Shown piece by piece: positions 62,872-64,000 of a stretch of DNA of 64,000 nt. A program made the position numbers and the translations under genes. The number at the start of each line of letters is the position of its first letter. Position 1 is the stretch's first letter. The stretch covers positions 64,001 through 128,000 of the forward strand of contig JAHLWR010000005.1 of NCBI GenBank assembly GCA_019057815.1, given 5' to 3'. The notes under the pieces are model-generated. The model searched no databases and had not been told where the DNA came from. It saw only the letters and a list, made by a program, of their open reading frames with translations. The DNA is from Candidatus Heimdallarchaeota archaeon (lineage in GTDB: Archaea; Asgardarchaeota; Heimdallarchaeia; Heimdallarchaeales; Heimdallarchaeaceae).

Positions 62872-64000
62872 ATGATGTATCGAGTACAACAAAACCATCT
62901 CAGAGCTTTATCGAAAGAAGAGTACTGGATACTGAAAAAACTTACACGATGCTCAAAGAACGTTTACAACCACACTTTGTGGTTGATAAAAAGAGAGTGG
63001 GAGACAAACAAAACTTTTCTTTCTTACAACAAAGTATATCTTAATATCAAGACTTATGAGTATTACCAACGTCTCCCTACTCAAATAGCTCAACAAACAG
63101 CTAGAAGAGCTGAACAAGCCTACAAATCCTTTTTCAGCTTAATGAAAGTTAAAGAACAGGGAAAATATACTGAACGGGTCAAAGAACCATGGTACTTACC
63201 AAAAGAAGGATGCTTTCTACTCTCCTTCACTCCTGATTATTTTAAAGTGCAAGGAAAAACAATTAGACTCTCACTTGGAAGGTGGATAACAAAAAATCTT
63301 AATAAACGATTCTTGAGATTTAGCTTCCCTTACCATCTCAGAGGGGAAGAAGTGAAAGAAGTTAGAATTCTTCCACGCAATTATGGGATGTATTTCGAAA
63401 TAGAGTTTGTTTATTATAAGGAGAAAGAAAGCCTCGACATTGATGTCACCAAATATCTGGGAATTGACCTAGGATTAGATAATTTTGCAACAACAGTTGA
63501 CACTGACGGGACAGCCTTCATAATCGAAGGACGTGGAATAAAATCTTTTAACCGTTGGTGGAATAAGAAGAAAGCAAAATTACAAAAGAAGTATGATAAG
63601 CAAGGGATCAAAACTGGCACTAAAATGATGAAGTTGGAAAGAAAGAGAAGGTATTATTTGCGCAACTTCATGTCTCAAGCAGTAAATGAAATAATCAAAC
63701 ATTGTAAAACAAACAATATTGGCACCATAGTTGTTGGGGAAATGAAAAATATTAAAAAGAATTGTAAGTTGGGTAAGAGAACTACACAGAATTTCCATTA
63801 TATAACCTACGGTTTATTCAAGCATAAATTGCGAACAAAAAGTGAATTTCATGGAATCGATTATAAGGAAGTTGATGAAGCCTACACCTCTCAAACCTGT
63901 TCTCAATGTGGTCTGAGACGAAAAGCCAATCGTAAATATCGAGGGTTGTATGTCTGCAAAAACTGTGGAACAGTCTTGAATGCAGATGTTAATGGTGCAT
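62872..64000 (+). mobile_element. tnpB: tnpB of an IS1341-like (tnpB-only) element, intact so far, truncated by window end
   Basis: Manual translation MMYRVQQNHL...SKNVYN...YLGIDLGLDN...IVVGE...VDEAYTSQTCSQC...YVCKNCG..LNADVNGA with no stop codons. Confidence 0.92.

Overview
AT-rich archaeal chromosomal segment, most likely from an Asgard archaeon of Heimdallarchaeia type. This is inferred from the unsplit RpoB, split RpoA'/A'', eukaryote-like eIF5A motif, PAC2- and PAC4-like chaperones, a ZSWIM7-like protein, ADP-dependent sugar kinase, PPDK and bacterial-type GlyA/FolD. Most of the window is informational core: RNAP subunits B, A', A'' and D; nusA; r-proteins L30e, S12, L3, L4, L23, L2, L18e, L13 and S9; eIF5A, TrpRS, Nob1, Nog1, RtcA, TruA, an NSUN6-like methyltransferase, Cdc6, RFC-S, RPA and a TFB paralog. 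These sit in fragmented, rearranged operons. Five tRNAs are present, including tRNA-Ala(CGC) with a non-canonical T-loop (59/60) intron and tRNA-Glu(CTC) with a 37/38 intron. Accessory parts carry three tnpB-family genes: a pseudogene, a canonical one cut by the window end, and an unusually large 652-aa one. The large one has a D-E-H RuvC triad, an upstream IS607 tnpA remnant and a structured, pseudoknot-capable 3' omegaRNA-like region. Elements missing from the ORF track that I read directly: a dual-guide box C/D sRNA (28793-28851), a 36-aa OST4-like membrane microprotein (53674-53784), a 20-aa peptide ORF upstream of a TPR-like gene, and the 5' part of ppdK. All family assignments come from motif recognition by eye; no searches were run.
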